NCBI GenBank assembly: GCA_963758635.1
Contig: CAVWWD010000003.1
Coordinates: 320,001-384,000, forward strand
From: an uncultured Candidatus Rokubacteria bacterium
GTDB taxonomy: Bacteria; Methylomirabilota; Methylomirabilia; Rokubacteriales; CSP1-6
Reading direction: 5' to 3'
Length of the DNA stretch: 64,000 nt
In this document: piece by piece, positions 50,072 through 60,925 of the stretch
Numbering within the stretch: the stretch's first letter is position 1
Layout: the number at the start of each line of letters is the position of its first letter
The notes under the pieces: model-generated
Seen by the model: only the letters and a program-made list of their open reading frames with translations
Database searches by the model: none
What the model was told of the DNA's origin: nothing
Made by a program: the position numbers and the translations under genes

Positions 50072-51381
50072 TGGAAGGTCTGCAGAGCTTCGGGAACATC
50101 ACCAAGATCCCCGAGCTCAAGCGGCGCGTCCTCATCACCCTGGGGCTGCTCGCCGCGTACCGCCTCGGCGCCCACGTGCCCACCCCGGGCATCGACGGCA
50201 ACGCCCTCGCCCAGTTCTTCGACCAGGTCGCGGGCACGCTCCTCGGCATGGTCGACCTCTTCTCGGGCGGCAACCTGCGCCGCCTCACCGTGTTCGCGCT
50301 CGGGATCATGCCGTACATCTCGGCGTCGATCATCCTGCAGCTCCTCACCGTGGTGATCCCCGCGCTGGAGCGGCTCGCCAAGGAGGGAGAGGCGGGCAAG
50401 AAGAAGATCACCCAGTACACGCGCTACGGCACCATCGCGCTGTCCCTGATCCAGTCGTTCGGCATCGCGGTGGGCCTCGAGAGCATGCGGAGCCCGGGCG
50501 GCGGGGTCATCGTTCCCGATCCGGGCTGGGCGTTCCGCATCCTCACCATGATCACGCTCACCACCGGCACCGCGCTGATCATGTGGCTGGGCGAGCAGAT
50601 CTCCGAAAAGGGCATCGGCAACGGCATCTCGCTGATCATCTTCGCGGGCATCGTCGTCCGCCTGCCCTCGGCCATCTTCGCCTCCTACACCCTGATCTCC
50701 ACCGGCGAGCTGAAGCTCTTCGTGTTCCTGCTCATCCTGGTCATGATGCTGGCCGTCACCGCGGCGGTCGTGATCATGCAGGAGGGCCAACGAAAAATCC
50801 CCGTCCAGTACGCCAAGCGGGTGGTGGGCCGGCGGGTGTACGGGGGCCAGTCCACCCACATTCCGCTCCGGGTGAACACGGCGGGCGTGATCCCCGTCAT
50901 CTTCGCGTCGTCGCTGATCCTGTTCCCGGCCACCCTCACCCGGTTCATCGCGCACCCGTGGATGCAGGCCATCTCGGAGGCGCTGTCGCCGGGCCGGTTC
51001 ACCTACAGCGTGCTGTACTGCGCGCTCATCATCTTCTTCGCGTACTTCTACACCGCCATCGTCTTCAACCCCATCGACCTCGCCGACAACATGAAGAAGT
51101 ACGGTGGGTTCATCCCCGGCGTGCGGCCGGGGAAGAAGACGGCGGAGTACATCGACCGGACGCTCACGCGGATCACGCTGCCGGGGGCGGTGTTCCTGGC
51201 CCTGATCTCGATCCTCCCGGATCTGCTCATCCGCTACCTGAACACGCCGTTCTACTTCGGCGGCACCAGCCTCCTCATCGTGGTCGGCGTGGCGCTCGAC
51301 ACCGTGCGACAGATGGAGTCGCACCTGCTCATGCGGAACTACGAGGGCTTCCTGCGCAAGAAGGCGAAGGCCCGCGCGTGA
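50068..51381 (+). CDS. secY: Preprotein translocase subunit SecY
   Basis: LGIMPYISASII, GIGNGISL and IPGVRPG motifs. Confidence 0.99.
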   Translation: MMEGLQSFGNITKIPELKRRVLITLGLLAAYRLGAHVPTPGIDGNALAQFFDQVAGTLLGMVDLFSGGNLRRLTVFALGIMPYISASIILQLLTVVIPALERLAKEGEAGKKKITQYTRYGTIALSLIQSFGIAVGLESMRSPGGGVIVPDPGWAFRILTMITLTTGTALIMWLGEQISEKGIGNGISLIIFAGIVVRLPSAIFASYTLISTGELKLFVFLLILVMMLAVTAAVVIMQEGQRKIPVQYAKRVVGRRVYGGQSTHIPLRVNTAGVIPVIFASSLILFPATLTRFIAHPWMQAISEALSPGRFTYSVLYCALIIFFAYFYTAIVFNPIDLADNMKKYGGFIPGVRPGKKTAEYIDRTLTRITLPGAVFLALISILPDLLIRYLNTPFYFGGTSLLIVVGVALDTVRQMESHLLMRNYEGFLRKKAKARA

Positions 51382-52037
51382 GCACGCGGCTGGTCTTCCT
51401 CGGCCCGCCGGGCGCCGGCAAGGGCACCCAGGCGCGTGAGCTCTCGCGCGGGTGGGGCGTGCCCCAGGTGGCCACCGGCGACATGCTCCGCGAGGCGGTG
51501 GCCAAGGGCACGCGGCTCGGGCTCGAGGCCAGGCGCTACATGGACTCGGGCGCCCTCGTGCCGGACGAGGTCGTCATCGGCCTGGTGGCCGAGCGGCTCG
51601 CCCAGGCTGACGCCGCGCCGGGCTTCGTCCTCGACGGGTTCCCGCGCACGGTGGCCCAGGCCGAGGCGCTCGACCGCATGCTCCGCGAGCGGAAGACTCC
51701 CCTCGAGCGCGTGGTGTTCTTCGACGTGTCCCGTCCCGAGCTGCTCCGGCGTCTCACCGGGCGGCGCACCTGCCGCTCGTGCGGCAGCGGCTTCCACCTG
51801 GTGTTCGCTCCGCCGCGCACCCCGGGCCGGTGCGATCAGTGCGGCGGTGAGCTCTACCAGCGCGAGGATGACGCCGAGGGTCCGGTGGCCAAGCGGCTCG
51901 ACGTGTACCAGACCCAGACCGCGCCGCTCCTCGACTACTACCGCGGGCGCGGGCTGCTCGTGACGGTGCCGGGGGAAGGGCCTGTCGAGCGGATCGGCGC
52001 CGACATCCGGCAGGCCGTGGGGACCGTGGCGGCGTGA
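51378..52037 (+). CDS. adk: Adenylate kinase with Zn-lid
   Basis: GPPGAGKGTQ, LDGFPRT and CxxC..CxxC lid. Confidence 0.98.
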   Translation: MSTRLVFLGPPGAGKGTQARELSRGWGVPQVATGDMLREAVAKGTRLGLEARRYMDSGALVPDEVVIGLVAERLAQADAAPGFVLDGFPRTVAQAEALDRMLRERKTPLERVVFFDVSRPELLRRLTGRRTCRSCGSGFHLVFAPPRTPGRCDQCGGELYQREDDAEGPVAKRLDVYQTQTAPLLDYYRGRGLLVTVPGEGPVERIGADIRQAVGTVAA

Positions 52038-52789
52038 TCCTCCTCAAGTCGACGCGGGAGCTCGCGCACATGCGGGCGGCCGGCCGGATCCTCGCCGAGG
52101 TGAAGGAACGGCTCCGCGCCCTCGTCCGGCCCGGCGTCTCCACCCAGCAGATCGACCAGGACGTGGAAGCCTTCATCCTCTCGCGTGGGGCCCAGTCCGC
52201 GTTCAAGGGCTACCGGGGCTTTCCCGCCACCGTGTGCACGTCGATCAACGAGGAGGTCGTGCACGGCATCCCCTCGACGAAGCGCAAGGTCAAGGACGGC
52301 GACATCATCGGGCTGGACCTCGGCTGTATCGTGGAGGGGTACTACGCGGACTGCGCGATCACGCTGCCGGTGGGCACGGTGACGCCGCGTGTCCAGGAGC
52401 TCCTCGACGTCACCCGGGAGAGCCTCGACAAGGCCATCGTGCAGTGCCGGCCCGGGAACCGGCTCGGCGACATCTCCCACGCCGTCCAGGTGCACTGCGA
52501 GAGCCACGGCTTCGGCGTCGTGCGCGCCTTCGTGGGCCACGGCATCGGCCGCTCGCTGCACGAGGACCCCCAGGTGCCGAACTTCGGGGACCCGGGCACC
52601 GGCAAGCCGCTCAAGACGGGCATGGTCCTCGCCATCGAGCCGATGGTGACGATGGGCGGATGGGACGTGCGGGTGCTCGAGGACCGCTGGACGGCGGTGA
52701 CCCAGGACGGGAGCTGGGCCGCGCACTTCGAGGACACCATCGCCATCACCGACGACGGGCCAGAGGTCCTCACCCGGACCGACATGTGA
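52034..52789 (+). CDS. map: Methionine aminopeptidase type I
   Basis: [23 protein letters not shown] and AHFEDT motifs. Confidence 0.98.
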   Translation: MILLKSTRELAHMRAAGRILAEVKERLRALVRPGVSTQQIDQDVEAFILSRGAQSAFKGYRGFPATVCTSINEEVVHGIPSTKRKVKDGDIIGLDLGCIVEGYYADCAITLPVGTVTPRVQELLDVTRESLDKAIVQCRPGNRLGDISHAVQVHCESHGFGVVRAFVGHGIGRSLHEDPQVPNFGDPGTGKPLKTGMVLAIEPMVTMGGWDVRVLEDRWTAVTQDGSWAAHFEDTIAITDDGPEVLTRTDM

Positions 52790-52799
52790 CAGGGCGCCC

Positions 52800-53018
52800 A
52801 TGGCGAAGGAAGACGCGATCGAGGTCGAGGGCACCGTGGTCGAGCCGCTGCCCAACGCCATGTTCCGCGTCGAGCTGGAGAACGGGCACAAGGTGCTCGC
52901 CCACGTGTCGGGGAAGATGCGGATGAACTACATCCGGATCCTGCCGGGCGACAAGGTCAAGGTGGAGCTGTCCCCGTATGACTTGACGCGGGGCCGCATC
53001 ACGTACCGGTTCAAGTAA
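52800..53018 (+). CDS. infA: Translation initiation factor IF-1
   Basis: LPNAMFRV and [10 protein letters not shown] motifs. Confidence 0.99.
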   Translation: MAKEDAIEVEGTVVEPLPNAMFRVELENGHKVLAHVSGKMRMNYIRILPGDKVKVELSPYDLTRGRITYRFK

Positions 53019-53183
53019 CGAGCGCGAGAAGAGCTCGAAAACCGGACACAGCACTTCGGAGTCACAACAGAGCGCCGGTCGCGCACTCGCGGCGAGGCGA
53101 GCCGAAGGCGAGACGAGCGAAGGCGAATCAAGACTTGGAAATGACCGCAGACCGCCGAAACGGTTGACTGCGAGAGGACTGAC

Positions 53184-53297
53184 ATGAAAGTCAAACCCTC
53201 GATCAAAGTGCGCTGCGAGAACTGCAAGATCGTGCGCCGCCACGGGGTGGTGCGGATCATCTGCAAGAACCTGCGCCACAAGCAGCGCCAAGGGTAA
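53184..53297 (+). CDS. rpmJ: 50S ribosomal protein L36 (missing from the ORF track)
   Basis: Manual translation: [37 protein letters not shown]. Confidence 0.97.
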   Translation: MKVKPSIKVRCENCKIVRRHGVVRIICKNLRHKQRQG

Positions 53298-53307
53298 GGA
53301 GCGACGT

Positions 53308-53724
53308 ATGGCACGCATCGCCGGAGTGGACCTGCCCCGGGACAAGCGCGGTGAGATCGCCGTCCAGTACATCTACGGGATCGGCATCCCGTCCTCGCGG
53401 AAGATCTTCCTGTCCGCCGGCGTCGATCCGAGCAAGCGGGTCAAGGCCTGGACCGACGCGGAGACGGCGAAGGTGCGCGAGATCATCGAGCGCGAGTACA
53501 AGGTCGAGGGCGACCTGCGCCGCGAGGTGGCCATGAACGTCAAGCGGCTCATGGACATCGGCTGCTACCGCGGCATCCGGCATCGCAAGGGCCTGCCCGT
53601 GCGGGGCCAGCGCACCCACACCAACGCGCGCACGCGCAAGGGCAAGAGCAAGGGCGTCATGGTCAAGAAGAAGCCGGTGGCCGCCGCCCCCGCTGCCGGC
53701 GCGCCCGCCGCGCCGCGCCGATAG
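53308..53724 (+). CDS. rpsM: 30S ribosomal protein S13
   Basis: MARIAGVD and [17 protein letters not shown] motifs. Confidence 0.99.
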   Translation: MARIAGVDLPRDKRGEIAVQYIYGIGIPSSRKIFLSAGVDPSKRVKAWTDAETAKVREIIEREYKVEGDLRREVAMNVKRLMDIGCYRGIRHRKGLPVRGQRTHTNARTRKGKSKGVMVKKKPVAAAPAAGAPAAPRR

Positions 53725-53733
53725 GAGCCTGTC

Positions 53734-54141
53734 ATGGCCGAAGAGCAGAAGCCGGCCGCGCCGCGCAAGGGCGGCCGCCGCAAGGAGCGCAAGGAGGTCC
53801 GCGTGGGCATTGCCCACGTGCAGGCCACCTTCAACAACACGATCGTGACGCTCACCGACCGCACGGGCAACGTGGTGTCGTGGGCGAGCGCAGGCAGCGT
53901 GGGGTTCAAGGGCTCGCGCAAGAGCACGCCGTTCGCGGCCCAGACCGCGGCGGAGAACGCCGCGCGCAAGGCCATGGACATCGGGCTCAAGCAGGTCGAG
54001 GTGTACGTCAAGGGACCGGGAGCCGGCCGCGAGGCGGCGATCCGCTCCCTGCAGGCGGTGGGGCTCGAGATCACCGCCATCAGGGACGTGACGCCGATAC
54101 CCCATAACGGGTGCCGGCCCCCCAAGCGTCGAAGGGTGTAG
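53734..54141 (+). CDS. rpsK: 30S ribosomal protein S11
   Basis: ATFNNT and [15 protein letters not shown] motifs. Confidence 0.99.
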   Translation: MAEEQKPAAPRKGGRRKERKEVRVGIAHVQATFNNTIVTLTDRTGNVVSWASAGSVGFKGSRKSTPFAAQTAAENAARKAMDIGLKQVEVYVKGPGAGREAAIRSLQAVGLEITAIRDVTPIPHNGCRPPKRRRV

Positions 54142-54153
54142 GGAGGAGCGAGC

Positions 54154-54777
54154 GTGGCGAGATATCGAGCGGCGGCGTGCCGGCAATGCCGGCGTGAGGG
54201 CATCAAGCTGTTCCTCAAGGGGTCTCGGTGCTTCACGGAGAAGTGCGCCATCGAGCGCCGGAACTACCCGCCGGGCCAGCACGGTCTCGGCCGGACCAAG
54301 CTCACGCCCTACGGCATCCAGCTCCGCGAGAAGCAGAAGGCCAAGAACATCTACGGCGTGCTGGAGAACCAGTTCCGCCTCTACTTCAGCCGGGCCGAGC
54401 GCGAAAAGGGCATCACGGGCGAGAACCTGCTCAAGCTCCTGGAGCGGCGGCTCGACAACGTGGTGTTCCGGCTCGGGATGGCCGCGTCCCGCCGCGAGTC
54501 CCGGCAGATGGTGGGCCACGGCCACTTCCAGGTGAACGGGCGGAAGGTGTCCGTGCCCTCCTACATCGTGAAGGTCGGCGAGGTGGTGCAGCTCCGGCCC
54601 ACGTCGAAGCTGCAGGAGCGCGTGGCCGACAACCTGAACGCCGGCCGGGGCGCGGTGCCGCCGTGGCTGGAGGTCGATGGCGCCGCCAAGAGGGGCACGG
54701 TGCGCGGGCTGCCCGTGCGCGAGGACATCCAGATTCCCGTCCAGGAGCAGCTCATCGTCGAGCTCTTCTCGAAGTAG
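54154..54777 (+). CDS. rpsD: 30S ribosomal protein S4
   Basis: [15 protein letters not shown] and LERRLDNVV motifs. Confidence 0.99.
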   Translation: MARYRAAACRQCRREGIKLFLKGSRCFTEKCAIERRNYPPGQHGLGRTKLTPYGIQLREKQKAKNIYGVLENQFRLYFSRAEREKGITGENLLKLLERRLDNVVFRLGMAASRRESRQMVGHGHFQVNGRKVSVPSYIVKVGEVVQLRPTSKLQERVADNLNAGRGAVPPWLEVDGAAKRGTVRGLPVREDIQIPVQEQLIVELFSK

Positions 54778-54801
54778 GCACGGGAAGGACGACGGAGAAA
54801 C

Positions 54802-55785
54802 ATGGCAAGGATTCCGTTTCAGCGACCGAAGAGCATCGAGTGGGAGATCAGCACCGACCGCTACGGGCGGCTGATCGCCGAGCCGTTCGAGAAGGGCTAT
54901 GCCCTCACCGTCGGCAACAGCCTCCGGCGCACGCTCCTCAGCATCGTCTCGGGGGCGGCGGTGGTGTGGGTGAAGGTCGAGGGCGGCGCCGCGGGTGATC
55001 GCCTGCCCGGCGTGCAGGAGGAGACGCAGGACGTGCTCCTCAACCTCAAGAAGCTGGCGGTGGACGTGCCTTCGGGCGAGCCCACCGTGACCCGCCTCGA
55101 GGCCAAGGGCCCCGGGAAGGTCACCGGCGCCGAGGTGTCGGAGGCGGGCGGGGTGGAGGTGCTCAACCCGGAGATCTACATCGCCACGCTCGAGCCGGGG
55201 GCCTCGCTGTCCGTGGAGATCGGCATCGGCATCGGCCGCGGCTACGTGGCCGCGGACGCCCATGCGCCCGGCGTGGTGCCGGCCGGCGCCATCCCCATGG
55301 ACGCCGCGTTCTCGCCCATCCAGCGCGTGACGTACAGCGTGGAGAACGCGCGGCTCGGCAAGGTGACGGACTACGAGCGGCTGATCATGGAGATCTGGAC
55401 CAACGGCGCCCTGACGCCGGAGGAGGCCCTCAGCCAGGCCACCACGTACATGCGCGATCACTTCGGGTACCTCGCGCCCGAGGGGCCCTACGAGGACGAC
55501 GAGGAGACCGAGGCGGCCGGGCCGGGGTTCCTGCAGGAGAGCCTGTCGAAGACGCTCGAGGAGCTGCCGCTGCCCGCGCGCGCCACCAACGCGCTGAAGA
55601 ACAGCGACATCCTCACGGTGGCCGACCTCGTGCAGAAGACCGACGAGGAGCTCGAGAACGTGAAGAACCTGGGCTCCAAGTCCATCGAGGAGATCAAGGT
55701 GGCGCTGGCCAGCCTCGGTCTGTCCCTCGGGATGCGCATCGATCCCAACCTGCTCGGGGCTCTCGGCCGGGGAGGCGCGACATGA
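54802..55785 (+). CDS. rpoA: RNA polymerase alpha subunit
   Basis: [24 protein letters not shown] and alpha-CTD KNLGSKS. Confidence 0.98.
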   Translation: MARIPFQRPKSIEWEISTDRYGRLIAEPFEKGYALTVGNSLRRTLLSIVSGAAVVWVKVEGGAAGDRLPGVQEETQDVLLNLKKLAVDVPSGEPTVTRLEAKGPGKVTGAEVSEAGGVEVLNPEIYIATLEPGASLSVEIGIGIGRGYVAADAHAPGVVPAGAIPMDAAFSPIQRVTYSVENARLGKVTDYERLIMEIWTNGALTPEEALSQATTYMRDHFGYLAPEGPYEDDEETEAAGPGFLQESLSKTLEELPLPARATNALKNSDILTVADLVQKTDEELENVKNLGSKSIEEIKVALASLGLSLGMRIDPNLLGALGRGGAT

Positions 55786-56255
55786 GGCACGGAAAGGCGG
55801 GCTTCAAGCTCGGGCGGGTCACCGCCCACCGCTGGGCGCTGTTCCGCAACCTCCTCGTGGCCCTGTTCCGGCACGAGCGGATCATGACCACCGAGGCCAA
55901 GGCCAAGGCGGTGCGGGGGCTCGCCGACCAGATGGTGACGCTCGCGAAGCGCGAGGGCCTTCACGCCCGCCGTCAGGTTCTCGCCATGGTCCCCGACGGC
56001 GAGGTGGTGAAGAAGCTCTTCGACACCATCGGCCCCCGGTTTACCGATCGCCCCGGCGGGTACACGCGCATCCTGCGGGCGGGCACGCGCCCGGGCGACC
56101 GCGCGCCCATGGTCATCCTCGAGCTGGTGGACCGGCCGGAGGCCGCAGCCGAGAAGGGCAAGAAGGACGCGAAGGCCGAGAAGGCCCCGAAGGGCGAGGC
56201 CGCCGCGGGCGCCGCGAAGGGTCGCCGCAAGAAGGCCGCCGCGGCGGCCGGGTAG
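55782..56255 (+). CDS. rplQ: 50S ribosomal protein L17
   Basis: [15 protein letters not shown] and a K/A-rich tail. Confidence 0.98.
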   Translation: MRHGKAGFKLGRVTAHRWALFRNLLVALFRHERIMTTEAKAKAVRGLADQMVTLAKREGLHARRQVLAMVPDGEVVKKLFDTIGPRFTDRPGGYTRILRAGTRPGDRAPMVILELVDRPEAAAEKGKKDAKAEKAPKGEAAAGAAKGRRKKAAAAAG

Positions 56256-56327
56256 GCTCTCCGGCGCTACGCGCGCCGCGGAGTCAGCGCCACGGAGCCG
56301 GCCGGGCGTGCCCGTCGCTCGACGACC

Positions 56328-57221
56328 CTATCGCTGGAGGATGGCGATCCCGGCCACCGTCACCACGGTGCCGAGCACTCCGGCCGCGGACAGGCGCTCA
56401 CCGAGGAAGATCATCCCGAGCGGGATGGCGAACATGGGGGCGGTGGACGACAGCACCGTCGTCACGGCCACCCCCGCGTGCTTCACGCCCACCACGAACA
56501 TCACCGAGCTGACGGCGGTGAGGACGGACAGACACGCGAGCGTGGCCTGTACGCTCCGGCCGCCCGCCCGGACGCGCGACGCCGCCGGCCACGCCCACGG
56601 CGTGGCCCACAGCAAGAGGCCGCCCACGGGCAGACGGATGGCCTGGGCGCTCGTCGCGTCCATCTCGGCCAGGGGGTACTTCAGGACGATGACGGAGACC
56701 GCCCACGCCACCGAGGCGATGGTGGCCTCGGTCACGCCGGCCCTGACCTGACCGGGGTCCCGCTCGCCGTGCCCATCGCGCGCCATCACGATGAGCGCGA
56801 GGCCGGCGAGCGTGACCACCGATCCGGCGAGGAACGAGGCCGTCACGGCCTCGCCGAACGTCGCCGCCGCCATCAGGGTGGCGATGAGCGGATAGGTCAT
56901 CGAGAGGGTCATGGCCCGGGCGATCCCGAGGCGCCGCGCGCTCTCGAAGAAGAGCGTGTCGCCCACGCCCACCGCGATCACGATCGACACCACCAGGAGA
57001 AGGAAGGCCTGGGGGGACACGGACGTGAGATCGTCGCTGCCGCTCCTCAGCAGGACCCAGGCGAGGAGGAGGGCGCCGCCGAGCACCGAGCGGAGCGCGT
57101 TCACCATCAGCGAGGTGAGCGTCGGCGCGAGTCGTCGGACGAGCAGGCTGGTCACCGCCCAGGTGCAGGCCGATCCGAGCGCGGCGATCGCGCCCAGCGC
57201 GGCGTCGGAGGAGAGAGTCAT
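56328..57221 (-). CDS. DMT/EamA family transporter
   Basis: 297 aa with about 10 hydrophobic segments in two repeats; FLGERLS motif. Confidence 0.9.
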   Translation of the reverse strand: MTLSSDAALGAIAALGSACTWAVTSLLVRRLAPTLTSLMVNALRSVLGGALLLAWVLLRSGSDDLTSVSPQAFLLLVVSIVIAVGVGDTLFFESARRLGIARAMTLSMTYPLIATLMAAATFGEAVTASFLAGSVVTLAGLALIVMARDGHGERDPGQVRAGVTEATIASVAWAVSVIVLKYPLAEMDATSAQAIRLPVGGLLLWATPWAWPAASRVRAGGRSVQATLACLSVLTAVSSVMFVVGVKHAGVAVTTVLSSTAPMFAIPLGMIFLGERLSAAGVLGTVVTVAGIAILQR

Positions 57222-57271
57222 GGGCCGGGCGCTACCCTACCAGAAATCCAGTGGCGCCGTCCGGCACGTAG

Positions 57272-57370
57272 GGGGTTGTGAATGAATGGCGAGGCGGCCC
57301 CGCGTGTGTACGCAGAACCGCGGTGTTGGCCCGCACGGCGAAGTCGAGATCCGCGTTCCTTCACAACCTC
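57272..57370 (-). mobile_element. MITE-like family A copy (99 bp) with GTAG target duplication
   Basis: GTAG-GGGGTTGTGAA...TTCACAACCTC-GTAG. Confidence 0.95.
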
Positions 57371-57411
57371 GTAGGGATGACGTGGGGAGGACAAGCGAAA
57401 GGAGGGTCAAC

Positions 57412-58224
57412 ATGAGACGACCCATCAGGACTCTCGGCAGCGTGGCGGCGCTGGCGGCCGTCGCAGGGATCTTCACTCTCACCCCCGGGACGGAGGCCGG
57501 CCCCGACAAGATCGCCTACCCCGCCGCCTGCAAGGTGGGCGGCCTCTACACCATCGCGGACCGCTACGACGTGAAGCAGTACCGCGAGCTGTACACGACG
57601 CCGGAGGCGGTGCGAGCGGCCAAGGAAGGCAAGCCGCTGCCCGCGGGCACCGTCATCACGCTGATCCAGTACAAGGCCCAGGTGGACGCCCAGGGCAACC
57701 CGGTCAAGGACGCCAAGGGCCGGTTCCTCAAGGGCGACGTGGTCGGCTGCGCGGTCATGGAGAAGCGCGCGGGCTGGGGCGCCGAGTACCCGGACGACCT
57801 CCGGAACGGCGAGTGGGAGTACTCGGCCTTCGGGCCCGACGGGAAGTTCAACGACAAGGCGAACTTCAAGGCCTGCTTCCAGTGCCACAAGCCCCACGAC
57901 GACAAGGACTTCGTCATCTCGTACCCGGCGATGGCGGGCAAGCTGATGGCGTCGACCGTGCCGGTGCCCGCCGGCAACATCCCGGTCAACATCGCGGGCT
58001 TCGTCTTCGCGCCGGGCGGCATCACGGTGGCGCCGGGGAAGACGGTCACCTGGGTCAACACCGACGACTCCCCCCACCAGGTGACGGTGGCGGGCACGAC
58101 GCTCAAGACCGACTTCCTCCTCAAGGGGCAGGCGGCGTCGCTGACCTTCGCGCAGGAAGGGGTGTTCAACTACAACTGCGCGCTGCACCCCAACATGAAG
58201 GGATCGGTCGAGGTCAAGAAGTAG
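57412..58224 (+). CDS. Exported cytochrome P460/c'-beta-family domain fused to an amicyanin/plastocyanin-like cupredoxin
   Basis: Signal peptide; PLPAGTVI, VMEKRAGWG, NGEWEYSAF and CFQCH; then VTWVNTDDSPH...YNCALHPNMKG; AGGAGG RBS. Confidence 0.85.
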   Translation: MRRPIRTLGSVAALAAVAGIFTLTPGTEAGPDKIAYPAACKVGGLYTIADRYDVKQYRELYTTPEAVRAAKEGKPLPAGTVITLIQYKAQVDAQGNPVKDAKGRFLKGDVVGCAVMEKRAGWGAEYPDDLRNGEWEYSAFGPDGKFNDKANFKACFQCHKPHDDKDFVISYPAMAGKLMASTVPVPAGNIPVNIAGFVFAPGGITVAPGKTVTWVNTDDSPHQVTVAGTTLKTDFLLKGQAASLTFAQEGVFNYNCALHPNMKGSVEVKK

Positions 58225-58233
58225 CGCGGGACG

Positions 58234-58262
58234 GCCGGGGGCGGCGCGCGGCCGCCCCCGGC
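58234..58262. terminator. GC hairpin between convergent genes
   Basis: GCCGGGGGCGGC-5 nt-GCCGCCCCCGGC; no U-tract. Confidence 0.55.
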
Positions 58263-58263
58263 G

Positions 58264-58937
58264 TCAGGCGTCCACCGGCCACGCCTCGCGCCGGTGTCCC
58301 ATCTCCCAGAACATCCACTCGTAGCGGCTGGTCGCCACGAAATGACGGCGCATCGCCGCGCGCTCGCTCTCACCGAGCGCCGCCGCCGTCTCGTCCACGG
58401 CGGCGAGCACGGCCCGCACGAGCGCGCCGAAGTCCTCGGACGCATACGTGCCGATCCAGCGCTTGTAGAGCGGCTCGGGCGAGCCCGCCCGCTCCAGCTC
58501 CTTGCCCACCTCCCAGTAGATCCAGTAGCACGGCAGCAGCGCGGCCATCGCCTCGTGGAAGGGCCGCGCGTGGGCGACGGCGAGCAGGTAGCTCGTGTAG
58601 GCGAGGTTGGTCGGCGCCATCGGCGTGGCCGCCACCGCCGCCGGGCGTGAGGCCCCACTCGGAGAAGAAGCTCTCGTGCAGCGCGCGCTCCACGATGAGG
58701 GCGCCCGCCGCGTGCTCGGCGAACATGATGATCCACTCGTCCCGCGGCGCCCGCGCCGCGGTGAGCGACAGCGCGCGGGCGAACTCCCGCAGGTAGAGCG
58801 CGTCCTGCACGGCGTAGAACCGGAAGCTCTCGCGGGAGCAGCGAGCCGTCGGTGAGGCCGGTCAGGAAGGGATGGCGCAGGATCGCCGCGTAGATCCCCT
58901 CGATCGACGCCCACAGCTCGCCGCTGAAGCCGGCCAC
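58264..58937 (-). CDS. tenA: Thiaminase II / TenA; two apparent frameshifts near 58835 and 58640
   Basis: ILRHPFLTGLTDGSL, QDALYL, AYTSYL, LLPCYWIY and YEWMFW, found across three frames. Confidence 0.9.
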
Positions 58938-58954
58938 CGGCCCGGCCCGCCGTC

Positions 58955-59629
58955 CTACTTCAGGTGCGCCTGGAAGTGCGCGAGGGTGCGGCGCCACGCG
59001 TCGTCCGCGGAGGCCTTGTCGTACGCCGCGGTGTTCTCGTCGTTGAAGAAGGCGTGGTCGACGCCGGGATAGATGTGGACCTCCACCGGCTTGCCCGCGG
59101 CCTTGATCGCCGCCTCCACCTCGCGCGCGGTCTGCGGCGTGACGAACGCGTCCTTCTCGGCGAAGAGGCCGAGGACGGGGCCGGAGAGCTTGGTGTAGTC
59201 CGGCTTCACGTTCGGGTGCACGCCGTAGAAGTCCACCACCGCGCCCACGTAGGAGCTGACGCAGCCGGCGAACAGCGCGAGCTGGCCGCCCATGCAGAAG
59301 CCCACCGCCCCGAGCTTCAACGTCGAGGAGTGCTGGCTCAGGAACTGGGCGGCGCCCCGGAGGTCCTTCTCGGCCTGCGCGATGTTCAGCGCCATGAACA
59401 GCTTGCCCGCCCCGTCGGGCTCGGTGGCCGTCTTGCCGTGATACACGTCGGGGGCCAGCGCGGCGTAGCCCGCCGCGGCGAAGCGGTCGCACACGTTCTT
59501 GATGTGCCCCACGAGGCCCCACCACTCCTGGATGACGAGCACGCCGGGGCCCTTGCCGGCCGCGGGCGTGGCGAGATAGCCCTGGGTGGTTCCTCCGTTG
59601 CTCGGAAACTCGACCATGCGTCCTGCCAT
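58955..59629 (-). CDS. Dienelactone hydrolase family protein
   Basis: VLVIQEWWGL, nucleophile elbow GFCMGG, YPGVDHAFFN. Confidence 0.93.
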   Translation of the reverse strand: MAGRMVEFPSNGGTTQGYLATPAAGKGPGVLVIQEWWGLVGHIKNVCDRFAAAGYAALAPDVYHGKTATEPDGAGKLFMALNIAQAEKDLRGAAQFLSQHSSTLKLGAVGFCMGGQLALFAGCVSSYVGAVVDFYGVHPNVKPDYTKLSGPVLGLFAEKDAFVTPQTAREVEAAIKAAGKPVEVHIYPGVDHAFFNDENTAAYDKASADDAWRRTLAHFQAHLK

Positions 59630-59631
59630 GC

Positions 59632-60925
59632 TCATTCTCCTTTCATGTCGGCCTTCCCGTCGCGCGCTCCCTCCGGCGCGCGGGCCGGACGGGGCGTGGG
59701 CGGGGTGATCCGGACCGACAGTATACGTCGCTCGTCCGCCTCGAGAACCGTGAAGGTGTGGGCGCCGACCGGGAACTCCTCGCCGAGGCGGGGGATGCGG
59801 TGGAGGGTGGCGAGGATGAGCCCGGCCACCGTCTCGTAGTCGCCGCTCGGCAGCTCCCAGTCGAGCGACTCGTTGAGCTCGTGCACGCTCACCCGGCCGG
59901 CCACGCGGTAGCTGCCGTCGGGCAGGCGCTCGATCATGCTCGAGGCGCGGTCGTGCTCGTCCTGGATCTCGCCCACGATCTGCTCGACGATGTCCTCGAC
60001 GGTGACGATGCCCACCGCGCCGCCGTACTCGTCGACCACCACCACGAGCTGGACCCGGGACTTCTGCATCTCGCGCAGGAGGTCGTCGATGCGATTGCTC
60101 TCCGGCGCAAAGGTGGCCGGCCGCATCAGCGAGCGCAGGTCGGGGGCGGCGGCGCCGCGCCGGAAGATGTCCATGGACGCGACCACGCCGACCATGTTGA
60201 AGATCCGGTCCTCGTAGACGGGGATGCGGGAGAAGCCGCGCTCGCGGATGAGGGTCACCGCGTCGTCGGGGGTGGCCTCCACGGGCAGCGCGGCCACGTC
60301 GACGAGCGGGACCATGATCTCGCGCACCATCGTCTCGCCGAGGTCGAAGATCTTGTCGATCATCTCCGCCTCGGACTCCGTCACGTCCGCCTCCTCCGGC
60401 TCCATCTGGAGGAGGAGCTTCAGCTCCTCGCGCGAGACGAAGTGACGGGTGGCGGCGGGCTGGCGCCCGAAGAGCCGGAGGGCCCGGTCCACCACCGTGT
60501 TGGCCGCCCACGTGAGGGGCGACAAGAGCCGGCTCGCCAGCTCGACGAGGCGGAACAGGTACAGGATCAGCGCGGTGGCCCATTCGCGCGCCACCGCCTT
60601 GGGGATGACCTCGCCGAACACGAGCATGAGCGGGGGTGAGGATCACGGTGGTCACGATGGCCGCCATCCCGCCCAGCACGGGCAGGAGGGCCCACGTCGC
60701 GACGATCGAGGCGGTGACGTGCGCCACCGTCACGCCCATCATGGCGGTGGAGAGGGTACGCTCCGGGTGCCGGAAGGATTCCAGATATCGCGCCGCCGTC
60801 CGGTTGCCGCCCTCCGCGAGGTGGCGGATGCGCAGGCGGTTCGCCGCGATGAACGCCATCTCCGCCGCCGAGAAGAACGCGGTCATCGCGAGAGCGAACA
60901 GCACCACCCACAGCGCGATCGTCAT
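59632..60925 (-). CDS. HlyC/CorC (CNNM-CBS) family membrane protein; frameshift near 60630
   Basis: [31 protein letters not shown] and VVVDEYGG motifs. Confidence 0.92.
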
